From contig NW_005434649.1 in the NCBI RefSeq assembly GCF_000315625.1, positions 1 through 64,000 of the forward strand: a stretch of 64,000 nucleotides of DNA. The letters are read 5' to 3'. The notes under the pieces were generated by a model. The model made no database searches. It was not told the origin of the DNA and saw only the letters and a program-made list of their open reading frames with translations. This DNA comes from Guillardia theta CCMP2712 (lineage: Eukaryota; Protista; Cryptophyta). This document shows, one piece after another, positions 9,157 to 22,271 of this stretch (positions are counted from its first letter, which is position 1; every line of letters begins with the position of its first letter). The position numbers were made by a program, and so were the translations under genes.

Positions 9157-10772
9157 ATGAGCATCATCCGCGAGGATTTGGTGCAGGAGGCGGCGGCGGC
9201 AGCAGGGGTGAAGAATGTCGGGGAGAAGGTCGCGGCGTCGCTCGCTGCTGATGCTGAGTACCGACTAAGGGAGATCATTCAAGACGCCCTCAACTTCAAG
9301 CGCCACTCTAGGAGGAGGAAGCTCACCCCGGCGGACATGTACTGAATGCTTTCACCATATCCTCAATCTCTCGCTCTCTCGTCAGGGCTCTTGCACTTGA
9401 TCTTTTTGTATATCTTTTTGTAAATTTTGTCTGACTCTGCGGTCCCAGCAACAACGCGCTTCGGGTTCGCAATGTCGAGCCCTTATACGGCTTCACCTTT
9501 CCGGAGCCCATCGTGTACACAACCAAGCAAGGAGAAGGAGGAGGGTCTCAGATTATCATCGAGGAGAAAGAGCTGGAGTTCGACGAGCTCCTGTCTGCTC
9601 CATTGCCCAAAGCACCAGTTGAAGTTACTCTCAGAGCCCACTGGCTCGCCATTGATGGCGTGCAGCCGTTGATTCCAGAGAACCCGATCCCTGAGAACTT
9701 GGACGTGGCAGCAGCTGGCAAGAAGAGGAAGGTGAAAGATAGCGAGACCAGTGAGAAGGATCCCATGGTGCAAGACGTACTTTCCCAGGAGCTTCAGCTT
9801 TATTATGAGAACGTCACTTCTGCTGTCATTCAAGGCTCTCCGCACATCCTGAGCGCAGCCTTGTCAAGCTTAAGGAAGGATCCTGGTCTGCAGGCTCTTC
9901 TTCCCTACTTTGCTCAGTTCATCACGGACGAGGTCAAGAGGTCTCTCAAGGACCTTCCAATCCTCAACGCACTCTTGTCTATGACGCTCGCCATCCTCTC
10001 AAACGCGCAGCTGCATGTCGAACCAAGGCTCCACGAGCTCATGCCGGCCGTCATGACCTGCATGGTTGGCAAGCAGCTTTGCAAGTCCAGCCTGGATCCT
10101 CACTGGAACCTTCGGGATCGTGCGGCAAAACTCTTGAATTTCATCGTCGACAGGTACGCCGCACCTTACTCGACGTTGCAGCAGCGCATCACCAACACTC
10201 TTCTACATGCGTTCCTGGAGCCCACCAAGCCTCTGACCACTCACTACGGCGCTATTGCAGGGTTGGCAGCGCTGGGGCCACAGACTATGAATCAGCTAAT
10301 CGTGCCGAACGCTCCAGCCTACGCGTCGTTGCTACAAAAGTACACGTTTGACGTGAACAGAAGAGATGAAAGTGCTTCTGTGACAATCGGAATCATCCGA
10401 ACTAGACCTAGCAGTGAAGGAGCAGATGGAATGCAAGTGGATGGGCAGGAGAGTAACCTTGTGGTCGAAAGGTCCACAAGCAATCACGTGGAGAAATTTG
10501 TTGAACAGAACCATATCAAACGATTCGAGGCGATTCGAGTCCGTGGAGCTTTGTTAGATGCTGTCGGGAAATGTCTCTTTTGGCAGTGGAAGGGAAGATT
10601 GGCGAAACCAACGAGTGCGCACAATAGTTTATCGGAAGAAATTCAGGAAACAGATGCGAGTGCAGACCAGTCGAAACAAGGTGCATACGAGGACTTGTAC
10701 ACCACGTTTGGGGACAAACTTCTGCCTTTCTACGCTGATATGTCACAACCAATTTGCATGAATTTCATATGA
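9157..10772 (+). CDS. TAF6: Transcription initiation factor TFIID subunit 6
   Basis: Histone fold LAADAEYRLREIIQDALNFKRHSRRRKLT, intron, NNALRVRNVEPLYGF, HWLAIDGVQPLIPENP, LSQELQLYY, DPGLQALLPYF, HWNLRDRAA, THYGAIAGL. Confidence 0.95.
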
Positions 10773-10932
10773 GAGTCAAAGCTTTCACTCACACACGAGT
10801 CTGAATTGTACTTGAATAAATTTATTGACTGATCTTAACCATGGCATTCTTTCTTCCAAGTTTCATTTGCGGGCATTTCTTGTCTTCCTTCTCTGCAGAG
10901 CATAGTGCTGTCTTTCATCTATCCGCGCTAGC

Positions 10933-12513
10933 TTATCCTCCTCCAGGCTGGGGTGTTCTCCAAGGGTCAGGGCAGGCCATATGGACCCGCTCGATGTCCT
11001 CCAGCATCTCCTTGGTGAACTCATACTGGAACGAGTTGAGGTTCTCAAGCAGCTGCTCTTGGGAAGTGGAACCAATCAAAGTGGACGGCACGAAGGGGCG
11101 GGAGGCGACGAAGGAGAGGGCAAGCTGAGTTGGAGTAAGGCCATACTTCGCAGCGATCTTGCAGTATTGCTGAACAGCTGAAGGAGCAGATGAGCTCTCG
11201 TAACGAGCCCTGTAGCCCTTGAGGAGGTTCAGACGGCAATTTGAGTTGTCCCCCTCGAACGGAGCCTTCACTTTCTCCACACTGTTAATGTTGGAAAATT
11301 TGGTGCTAGGCAGCTGAACGTCGTACTTTCCTGTCAAGACCCCAGCAGACAAGGGAGAGTATGGGATGAGGGCTGTGTTGGTATGAGATGGAGAGCAAAC
11401 CTAGCAATGATGGTAAGGACAAGGAGAAGAACACGCAGGAATCTATTCACCTCTGCCAATCCAGCTTCGAACTCCCTGGTCAACAGCGAGTAGCTGTTCT
11501 GCACAGATACAGGTTTTGCCATCCCCTGCTCCAGAGCAAGAGAGACAAAAGCCATGACACCAAATGGCGTTTCGTTGGAAAGGCCCCAATGACGAATCTT
11601 CCCCTGTAACTGCATAAGGTCCAAGCCAGCCGGCAGGCAAGAATGCACGTTAGATACCTGCTGAATAAGCTCGTTCATCGCCTCCAGTTGCTCCTCGAAG
11701 GGAACTGCTGGTGTCTCTAAGGTGATATCATATTTGTTGGGACCAAAGAGCGGGACATAGCGATCAGGCCAGTGAATCTGAAGCAAGTCGATGTAGTCCG
11801 TCTGCAAAACTCTTTCTCATGCAAACCTTCCCAAACCCCCTCCTTCCTCAGACTCACCTGTAAACGCTTCAAAGACTTCTCAACGCTCTCCACCACTTGT
11901 TTCTTTGTCACTCGTGTTCCCTGACCATCGTCTCGAAACCATTTCAGACGAGACGATTTTCCGCACACCTGCAACAGATAAGCTAACAGGACTGAAGTTG
12001 TGGCCCTTGATCCTTTTTATCACCTTTGTGGCAAGGATGACTTGATCACGAGGCCGTTGCTTCATCCACTTGCCGATGATAATGTCGGTTGCCCCCGAAG
12101 TTTCTGGCTGCAGAGGGATGGGATACCCCTCTGCTGTGTCAATGAAATTAACCCCGAAGTCGTCGAAAGCCGTATTCAACTGCTGAATAGCCTCTTCTTC
12201 CGTGTTCTGCTTCCCCCAGGTCATGGTACCAAGGCATACTTCTGAGACGATCAAATCAGAGTCTCCTAGCTTATTGTATCGCATGTCCTTCACGTTGCGA
12301 GCTTCTCTGATAGCAGGCAAATCAGCCGTTGTGAACCGCCAGCGGAGGTAGCAAGAACAATTCAATATCTTACCTGATGACGCCGGCAGCCGTGCTTGTG
12401 GCAGCCATCTTGAAACTTGGCTTGAGTCTGACCTGAGAGGAAGGGAAGGAAGGGAGGAAGGCGGACGCGGGGGGAGCGCATGCTGCTGCCAGTGCCAGCA
12501 TGAGCGCCGCCAT
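10933..12513 (-). CDS. Tas-like aldo/keto reductase with predicted bipartite plastid-targeting presequence
   Basis: LGDSDLIVSEVCLGTMTWG, NFIDTAEGYP, SLKRLQTDYIDLLQIHWPDRY, GKIRHWGLSNET, VSVQNSYSLL. N-terminus reads MAALMLALAAACAPPASA-FLP. Confidence 0.92.
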
Positions 12514-13072
12514 TACCGCAGCTTAGATGTCCTCGCCGTGCAATTTCCGCTGAGTGTGTAGACACCCATCCAATATTGAAATGTTTATTCAAGGCATTCA
12601 GGAAAATTTCGAAATATTAAATGTATTTTGAGAACCTACATCAAAATTTACTAGAAGATTTGATCTTTTATCCACCTCGCAGAAAGTTTTCTGTTGTCCT
12701 TGAATGTCCAATGCGACACCAAACTTCAAAGCTTCGAAACTTTCGACTCTTATTATTAAAGTTTGCGACAGAACTTCCAACAACTTGAATGTTTCATTGA
12801 GTAACATTGAATCACTGTATAAAATAATTTTAAAGTAAATTTGTACTTGAGTTTTATCTTTCTCCTACAGTTTAGTTTTAATATTTGTACCAAGAGTCCA
12901 CTCTAAGGTGAAACGGATGGACCCCAAAAAGATTGCACACGGCGATCGGGAGGAAGATTGAAGGAGGGGGAAGAGCGAAGCACGGAGAAACGAGCAGATG
13001 CCGATGAGATAGCTATTCTCACCCAGCTAGTGTAGAACCTGAGCCCCCTCCATACAAGACCGTAGAGACACC

Positions 13073-16000
13073 ATGGTAGACAAAGTCGTGGGCAAAGATG
13101 TAGAGCCTGCAGTCGGTATGAGAGTGGTGAGTTCCGCAATGGCAAGAGAGTGGGAGCAGAAGCACTTGGATGTGTCAAGTACCTCGGGAGATAAGATCGG
13201 AAGCATCGAAGAAGTTCGTGAGGATGGCAGATTGTGCATGGTGCGATGGGATGGTAGCGACTGCGCGGTTCCGTATGCCACAGGGCTTATGAAGCGCTTT
13301 TTCTTGCTGGCAGCAACAGATGTGCAGCATGATGAAAGGACAGAGGAGAGGGACATACTGATCGCAGGAGATACTGAAATTGACCTCTATGCCAAGGAGA
13401 TCATTGTTGAGATCGATGGGAATCAAAAAAGAATTCGACTGAAAGCGATGGATACAGCCGCATCAGTGCCTGAAAGGCAGTTAAAGAATTCAGCTAAAAT
13501 CATTCGCCACACGCCCCGATCATGTAAACAGAATGACAACTTGAGGATGGTTCCTCTTGCAAATAATTTCAATCACCTGCTGCTGGATGTTTCTTCAAGC
13601 ACACACATCCGCGAAATGTCACAGATTATGCGATCAGGGTGTGTAACGTCAAAGAATAAGTTCGACGAAAGTTTCTTCTCTCTCCTCACGGACTTGGACT
13701 TATTTGATCTCATCTGCACCCTCTCGTCTTGTTTGGAGGCCTCGGTATCCGATGCTGACCGGCAACTCGACGAGGAGCTGGTGCTGGCTGCCAATGCTTC
13801 TTCGCTCCTCTTGTGCCTGTGCTGCAACCGGAAGGAGAGCTGTGAAGCAGTGAGAGAGGAAAGTTTGATGCTGCAAGCCTTGTCCTGCCTTCATTCCGCT
13901 GCTTCTGCTCTTTGCTCCGACCTCTCGCTCGGTGAAGCTTCTCCGAGCGCTAGGAAGCGACGAAAGCTTTCAGTTTCTTGTTCGTCATCTTCGCTCTTCT
14001 CGCGCGATGTCGAGCAGAACCTGGAGGTGTCAGTGGTGGCATGCAGTTTTCTTGTCAGGAACTTCAAGTTCTCAGAAGAGATCTTGATGGCTATGCACAA
14101 GCTTGCTCTTGCCTGCCTTTCCCCTCTCGTCAAGAGGGAGCTGAATCACTCCTGTGCCTTGCTGTGTGGAGCCCTCTCCTCGTCTAGCTCACTCCTCTGC
14201 AAGTCCCTGCTCGATGGGATCTTTGAGAAAATGAGCTCAATAGGTCTGAGAGCATCCTCCCTTAAATCCCTTCTCCTTCCTCAAATCCCTTCTCCTTCCT
14301 CGAATCCCTTCTCTCCTTCGACATGCTCAACCGCTCCCGCTCCTCCTTCTCTTCTTCCTCCTCCCTTCCTCCTCCGCTCTTCCTGTTCTCCTTGGTTTTG
14401 CTCAATCAATATTTGTCCTGTCTACTTATCAATCGCCCTGATGATTGTGTATTTGTAGATGTCGACCCTTACTCTTACCCGCGGATTTCAATCACCTCGT
14501 GTTCCTCTCACAGAGGGGGGAATGAATCAGAGCAAACAGCTGGAAAGTCGACAGGAGCAGGGGGAGCAGGCGGAAGTGTTTCTACTTTAACTCTTTCTCT
14601 CCTCAACATCTGTCAAAACTCAGAGGATACTGGAAGGCAGACAACAAGGAAGGCAGACAACTCGACCAGGAGCAGGGAAAGAGCTGACCTGGGAGATAAA
14701 CGAGGACAAAAAGAAGGAAATACAGGTCCATCAGATGCTGGCGCGGGGAGAAGCGAGGAAGAGCAGCAAGAGGAGACGAGTTGTGCTGCCTGCAAGTACT
14801 TCTTTGATAGAGTTCTTCAGAGGATGATAGACAGGAGCAAGCAGCGTGGGCAAGTTAGGGACGCTGAGCTTAAAAGCCTATTCGAAGTTCTCATGCAAGA
14901 TTTGTTCCTCCTCCTCTTCTATCCCGAGGTTTGTCCTGCTTTTTCGTTTGCCTTTCTGTCGAGTTTTAGTTCTTGTCCTCGTCCTCGTGTGGTCGCTCCA
15001 TATGATTCTTCTCATCAATCTTGTCTCGCAGTGGCCAGCTGCTGAAGCTCTACTCCTTTCCATGGGGAAATTGCTCGACTGGCTCGTCGCAGGAGCTCAA
15101 GCGACTCGAGTAGCAGGAGGGTACAGATATCTCGCTGTCACCATGCTTGGAAGGTACGATGCTTTCATTCTCCTCCACACTCAACACCTTCTTCCTCACT
15201 CTGTACTCCTCTTCTTCTCCTTCTCTCTTCCGCGTCTTCTCAGTCCCATTTCTTCCTCAATCTGTGATTCCTCTCTCATCTTCTTCTATGAAGTTTTATG
15301 GAGAAAATCGCAAGACAGCGACAAGCCGGACGACTACGAATCTCTTCGTTCTTCGAGAACAGATTTGACTTGGTGCCTTTCTTCCTTCCTCCTTCTTCCT
15401 TTTCTTCCCTCTTCTCTCAACTCGTTCCTTTCTCGTCCTTCTCGTTTCCGTATTTTTCCTTCCTCTTCCTCCTTGCCTCTCATGCCTTTCTTCTCTCTCC
15501 ACGTCCTCTTGCATCGCTACACTTGACCTCTACGTTCCACCTCCTCCTTCCATTTCTCCTTTCATCGAGCTTTGTTGTGACCCGTTGCCTTCAGCAACAA
15601 GAGCTTCTTCACGGTGTCTTCCAGCTAAGGCCGGAGAACGGCAACGACTTGCTGGGCCTGCGAGTGAGCAAAAGCTTCGGCGAGCAGGGAACGTTCTCTG
15701 GTACAGTCATCAAGTTTCAGCCTGACGAGGAGGAGGGAAAAGGATGGTTCAAGGTATTTCCTCCCCCTTCTCTATACAACCTGATCTGCCGAAGGTTCAG
15801 TACGATGATGGCGACTCGGAAGATCTGTCATGGCTGGAGCTTCTCCTCCTCCTCCCGCTACGTGGCCAACAAGCCTCCCTCCTCAACGATCTTGCTCCAG
15901 CTCTCGCTCAGGCTCGCCTCCTCCAGTTCCTGCAGAAGACGGGCTCATCACACCCCATGGCCAACTCTGCGCTCGCCTTCTACAAGAGCTGCATGCTGTG

Positions 16001-19000
16001 GGAGGAAGGGTTGGTCTCTCCATGCGATGATGCAGAGCAAGAGAAGGAGCAGCAGCAGGCGGAAGAGAAAGAGGAGGAGCGGGAAGAGGAGGAGGAGTAT
16101 GCACAGCAGCTCTCCCTTCTTTTGTCTGAGTCTCGAAGGCTCCTGCTCTCTCTCCCCCGAAGGATGAATCATCTTTTACAGCTCCTCCTCCGACAGGACA
16201 AGCAGAGCAGCGAATCGAGGATGCGGCAAGCGGCACTAAAAGGAGTGCGAGACGTGCTGCTGATAGATCCCTTCCTATTCCGCGAAAACTCCGTCATGCG
16301 CATCATACGCAGCAGATGCTTCAAAGACCCCTCTCCCCTCCTGCGCTCCTCTGCAATGGACATTCTTCGCGCTTTCCTCCTGTTTCAGCCACGAGTTCAA
16401 GCGGAAGACCTCGTCCTAATCTTCCAACGTGCTCGTGACGTCTCCTCCCAAGTCAGATTGCAGGTCCTTCCTGTCCTCACCCAGCTCGTTCGCCTCTCTC
16501 GACGCCAACGTCGTCTGCACGAGCAGCAAGGAGGAGGAGGATCAACACAAGCGACAGAAACAGTGGAGGAAGACGCAGGGAAGGCTATCGGACATATCTG
16601 CATGCTCTGCTGCGATGAGGAAAAGTCAGTGAGAAGAGCAGCAGTAGCAGAGCTTATGCAGCTCTGGTTTTCTCTTGCAGGGCACCAGGGTCACGACAGA
16701 GGAGGAAGAGGAGGAAGAGGAGGAAGAGGAGGAGGAAATATGATGGACAATATAGCCGAAGAGTTCCTGATGGTTTTGGCAAGCTCGCAAGCTGAAGGAG
16801 AGAGGAAGGAGAAGAATGTGCTGAGGAGCGCGTTGAGAGTCATCGGACAGGGTCATCCCATGCATTCAGCGGAGGAGGAGGAGGAGGAGGAGGTGATAGT
16901 GGACGAGCATCCACTTATATCCTCCCAAGAGTTTGCAAGCGTGAAGAAAGGATGTCGAAGAATTTTCGACGCTCTGGTGCAGGAGGTGACTTTGCAACAG
17001 TCTGCCCTGTCGCGCTACAGCTACGGAGATGTGGATGAGGAACAAGAGGAGTCGGAGGAGCCAGAAGAGCTGGAAGAGCTTCTGGTGCAGAAGGAGGGGC
17101 AGAGCGAGGAGAGAAGGAGGAGGCAAGAGCAGGCGGATCTCCCTCGGCTCAGCCTCCTACTCCGCGGGCTCACGAACCTGGCCTCCTGCTTCCCCGAGCT
17201 CCTCAAACCGCATGCTGGCTCGCTGCTGTCGTCAATGGTGATCCATCCCAAGATGCTGGAACAGGAGGGGACAGCGAGAGGGTACGGAGATCTGATGCAC
17301 ATCCTGTCGTCATCTGCTCAGCTCGCTAGGATGTGTGTGTTGCAGTTAAAAGAAGTCGGAGAGGAGGAGGAGAAGTCGATCTTTGCACTGCAGAAGAATC
17401 TCGCGCTGGTGGCAAACCGCGTGAGGAGTAGGAGGACTCTAACATGTCTGCTACGGTGCCTGTGTACGCTCACTCGAGGGAAAGTGAGCACCAGAAGCGT
17501 CATCTTCAGAACTTTCCGACGATACGGTGATGATGATGATGATGATGATAGAGATGATGGAGATGGTGATGATGATGGTGGTGGTGGTTGTGGTGGCAGT
17601 GATGGTGGTGGTGAAGATGATGGTGGTGGTGGTGAAGATGATGGTGGTGGTGATGATGGTGATGATGATGATGATCATGATAGTAGTGGCTGTTGTGATG
17701 AGTTGTTTATGATTTATTCAGTTCAATTCACGCGCGAGTATTCGAAAGGAAGGAGGAAGGAGCACCTTTCGTATGTCGGCACGGCGCTGGTGGGGGCAGG
17801 AACCCTCTGCAGGCACTTAGGGAGGAGCGACGCCTATGAGAATGAGGAGCAGCAGCAGGAGTTTGAGTTGCTCCACACCTCCCTTTTTCAGCTCTGTGCG
17901 AAGAAACTTTCCCAAGACCCAGAAGAAGTTGTCAAAAGGTCTTCAGTCTCCTCCTCCCCTTCTCCCACCTCTTTCCCTCATCTCTCCTTCTGCTTCTTCC
18001 CCATACCCATGCACTCCACTCTCATGTTGCTTATGCAGGGCTGCCCTTCAGTGCATTGGAGGCATGCTGGTGAGAAAGCCTTCGCTGCTTCTTGACGCTT
18101 CGCTGTCCTCGCTCGTCTCGTCGGCGCTCTCGGGCAAGGAGGGATCCGTCGCGCAGGCGAGCAGAAGTCATCGAGTTGAGCTGAGCTGACAGCTTTTTCA
18201 GCTCACAGTGCTGGAGGCCTTCCGAGTGTACCTGGAGGATGAGGACATTGAGTTGAGCAGAGCGAGGCAGAGGAAGGAGACGAAGGATGAAACGGTGTCG
18301 GGAATCAGCACGTTCATCGCCAACGAGTATCTCCCGCTCTTCATTGCCGCCTCCTTCCCATCACTGCAGGACGGGACGGCGACGGCAACGCAGGAGGCGG
18401 TGAGGATGGAGGCAGTGAGCTTGCTCGGGGTCATTCTGAGGAGGGGCCTCACTGCCCCTCACTGCGTCTCCTCCAACCTCATCGCGCTCTCGGCATGGGC
18501 AGAAGCTCCCTCGCGCGCTGCTTGTCGCATCCTCATGGGGCTACACGACAAGGACCGGGGGGTTTGCGGGATCAATCAGATTGCCGAAGGCATCGCCATC
18601 GCAGTCCGGCACGTGTCCAGCTCCATCCCCCTCCCCCAGGACATCGCTAAGCTGCGCCCCCTCCCCCCGGCTGCGTTCGCCACAGCCCTGCTCCTCCTCT
18701 CCCGTGACGCCAGACAAGTGCGGAATTTAATCGCCGCTCTCCTGCACAGGATCGAAGTCGCGCTGGGGTCGGGCAAGGAGAAGGACATGATTAGTTGCTT
18801 CCTCCTCGTTTGCGTGCTGGCCCACCTGAAGCATCAGAGCATCGATGGGCCCCTCTACAGCATCTTCCTCCTCTCCAAGCGCGTCATGACCTGGGGAACG
18901 ACAGCGATGCATGCCCTGCAAGCTCTGAGCGAGGAGGAGGAGGAGGAGGAGGAGGAGGAGGAGGAGGAGCGAAGGAACGAAGAGGAGCAAAGGAGAGGGG

Positions 19001-19724
19001 TTCAGCTGAGCGAGGAACAGGAAGGAGCCTTGATGCATGCATGCGTCTCCTTCTTCTGTCTTCAACTCATCAAGTACTTGAGAGATTCTTACGGTATCTC
19101 CGACCAGAAGGTAAATCATTGCTTCTTTCTCCATTTCCTTCTCTCATCACTTCTCCTTGCCATCACCCCCCCCTTCCCTCCTGATTTCCCTCCTTTTCTC
19201 TTTCCTGCTGTCTCTGACATTCCCCAGCTGCGTGCTTTCGACGTCGAGAAGATTGTTCCTCGTTCAGAAGCCTTCGAGCATCCTCTCCGAGCCTTCGAGC
19301 CCACCTGGCTCCTCAATCCTTCATCCCGCCCAACCTCCAGGTGAATCAGTCGCTGGCGTTCAGCCTCTCGGCGAGGAGCGACTGATCCCGAGGACCTGCA
19401 GGAAGCAGTTTGCGGAGCTTCAAGAACGCCTTGCTAGTCTCATGGTCTCCTGCCACCTTCAGGAGGAGCCAAACACGGCGAGTCTCCTGCTTCCCCTCTA
19501 ACCTGTGAGTGCTGACTGGCATGCAACAGGCCGCTATGGCGGTGGCCCTGGAGCAGCAGGAAGCGTTGGCCATGGGAGGGGTCGAGAGGCAGGAAGGGGG
19601 AGGGGAGGAGGCAAGAAGGGAGCGGGAGAGGGCGAAGAGGCAGCGCGGCAGCTGGGAGGACCCTGACTTAAAGCGATACTTTCGGGCCACAAAGAAAAGC
19701 AGCGGCCGCAGGAAGACGGCATGA
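13073..19724 (+). CDS. SCC2: Cohesin loader Scc2/Nipped-B-like HEAT-repeat protein (multi-exon)
   Basis: DLFLLLFYPE-WPAAEALL, RQAALKGV..DP, DPSPLLRSSAMDIL, RARDVSSQVR and ILRRGLTAP..LIAL follow the NIPBL/Scc2 motif order. Linkage of the 5' exon is inferred. Confidence 0.85.
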
Positions 19725-19998
19725 AGACGCAGGACATTGTCCTGCGTTTCATATTTATTGTAGCAGTGTACGATTTTAAAACTCACATCAAATGATTTTG
19801 ATTTTGAATCGTGGAATGTCGGCGGGGATGAAAGGAGGGAGGGAGAGAAGCAGGAGAAGCAAGGAGGATACAAGAGGAACAAGTTACGTAGAAGAAAAGA
19901 TTCCGATAAAAGCGAAGGAGAGTAGCTACTTCTATATGCGGGTTTAGTACTGATAAACAAACTAATATTGAGGTTAAGCCGAAAATGTCTGTTTACAA

Positions 19999-20739
19999 TT
20001 GAACGGGCCTAACTTTCATGCAGACATCACAAATCCGAACTTGAGCTATCCAATGCCAGACGAGAAAGAAATCCGAAAATGGATGTTTGCACGAAATTTG
20101 TTACTCGCTCGACTTGGAAACGATACTGGAACTGAAGCTAAAAGAGTATCAGTCAGATTTCAACGCTTTCTCAAACCGATAACCAAACCAGAAAACAAGA
20201 CTGCAAAAAAATTGCAACAACAAGAACTCAAGTTTTGGCTCAGCCTGGCAAAGAAGTGTGTTGTGCATCTTCCTTCCCGTCCTCGACATTATCCCTGTTA
20301 CTATACCCCAGCAATGGACGACAATTGGTTCATGTTTTACTCAGGCTTGGTCCAGGCACCCCTTCTAGATGAAGCGTCGCCCAACGACATAGAAGCCAAA
20401 GAGGAGGAGTCTGAGCAAACATCTTCTACATTACCAACCCCTCAAGACCAGCCCAACAAAGCAGGGCAAAGAGAAGGGACCGATGAGAGAATATCCTTGT
20501 CTCCAACTCCTCAAGTCAAGCCGAACGAGGCAGAAGCTCAAGAGAAAGAGTCGGATGACACTGCCTCTTCACCTGCTACGATGCATCGTGAAAATTGTCT
20601 GACGACAAAGAAAGCAGCGAAAATCAAAGTACGCTCGCCCGACAAGACCTGCCGGGAGGATGCGGGGCTGCCCTTGTTCTCTCCGTCCAAGCTTGCCGCG
20701 ATTCACCTTGTCGACATGAATGGCTCTATAGTATGCTGA
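19999..20739 (+). CDS. Hypothetical protein (3' part duplicated at 22300-22725)
   Basis: 246-codon ORF with no recognised family. Confidence 0.4.
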   Translation: MNGPNFHADITNPNLSYPMPDEKEIRKWMFARNLLLARLGNDTGTEAKRVSVRFQRFLKPITKPENKTAKKLQQQELKFWLSLAKKCVVHLPSRPRHYPCYYTPAMDDNWFMFYSGLVQAPLLDEASPNDIEAKEEESEQTSSTLPTPQDQPNKAGQREGTDERISLSPTPQVKPNEAEAQEKESDDTASSPATMHRENCLTTKKAAKIKVRSPDKTCREDAGLPLFSPSKLAAIHLVDMNGSIVC

Positions 20740-21383
20740 TTCTAAGCTGGAGATGAGAGCTGCTCTGAGCGAAGACAGCATGTAAATAGACTAACTCTCG
20801 TCGCGATCAGCAGGAAGAGCGAGCATCTCCATACCGGGCCTGAAATCGGCATCGTCGTGATCTGCAAGCTTTACATCCTAGCTTGTAGAGAGGAGTGGCT
20901 GTGTCATAATCTAGACTTTTCTCAAACGAAGATTGACCATGACTCAAGCTTTGATCCCGATACTTGTAGCAAGACCCTGGTACTGGATTGACTCGTGCAC
21001 ATTGCTGGGTTCTCTAAGAGCTTTCTGCTCCCCTCCGCCGCTGCCCCTCCGCCCAATCTCTCCCCCTCGCCTTCCCCCTCCCCCCCCCCCCCCCAGTCTT
21101 TACTTTGGACATTCTCTTTGTCCACGGCATCTCACACTCGGCCGCCATGGCCTCAGCCCATCTCCTCGACTAGCTGCACATGACTTGTCGTTGTAGGGGT
21201 TTACTTATGTCTATGGTACATGATACGAGAGCTATAGTATACACGGACAGGATGCTTCAAGCGGCGACGGCATAGCTGAGGTTGAGCTGACCGGCCTCAG
21301 CAGAGCTGCAAGCTGTCGCTACTGGACCCCAAGCCCTCGCGCCCAGCAGGAGAAAGATGAGGTCCCATACATCAAACGTCGCC
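20286..21383 (+). repeat. ~1.1-kb direct segmental duplication, copy 1
   Basis: Near-identical to 22272-23378. Confidence 0.93.
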
Positions 21384-22271
21384 GATACAGCAGCTTGAAG
21401 AGCGACGGCGTTTGGACGAGGAGAGCCGCTGGCTGGAAGGACTCAAGGCAGGACAGCTGCAGAAAGGCTGGGATGACGACGGATAGAGGAAAGGGAGGTT
21501 GTCAGGGCTGGAGACGACTGAGATGGAAGCAGACGAGCCGTAGAAGCTTTCGAACATGTCCGACGAAGCTGGGCAGACAGAGAGAGAACGGAGGAAGGAG
21601 TCTTGGCACATGAGGAGAGGAGACAGGCAGGCTGAATCAGAGGGAGAGAGGGAGAGAGATAGACGCAGAGATAGGGAGCCGGGAAGTAGGAGCACGAGTG
21701 TACTATCGCAGGAGGCAGGACGAGGTAGCGTAGGAGGCAGAAGACCTTGAATTGCAGGCGGCGGGGGTTGGGTCCGTGGTGCTGACGCGCTTTAGGGAGT
21801 CTAGAAACATCTAAACAGCAAGTGATGACATATCCGGAGCTCGAAACCAAAGGTGTTGGAGGACAGGGGTTCTGCTTCTAACGACTGGCATTGAAAACTT
21901 GTAAGCATGCAAGCACCTTGTAAGCTTTTATCTAAGTCCGACGGCCCGGAGTGTCGCCTGGTCGCAGTGGCCGACCGCGTTGAGCCGTGCCGGTCCGAGC
22001 TTGAGCTCTTGACCCCGCGTGTAACCAACTTGGCAACACTCAGATCCGACTACATGTGGTATACTTCGTGTCAGCAGATCACGGTCCGGCGCACCATTCC
22101 CGTCGCTCTTGCTTCTTTACTTGCAATCTTCGTCCTTTGATATGCGCTAGGGAAGCTATCCTTGTCAGCTTTTGCTTCCTGTCCCGCTCTGTCACCTTTC
22201 TCTCTTTTGCTCTGTAGAAGCCCGCCTGACTCCTCTCCTCATGTGCCAAGACTTCTTGCCATCACGTCTTA

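Noticed and set aside
17527-17712. Poly-Asp/Gly or poly-Met/Val coding stretch in Scc2
   Set aside because: A GAT/GGT microsatellite, most likely intronic (GT at ~17527, AG at ~17720).
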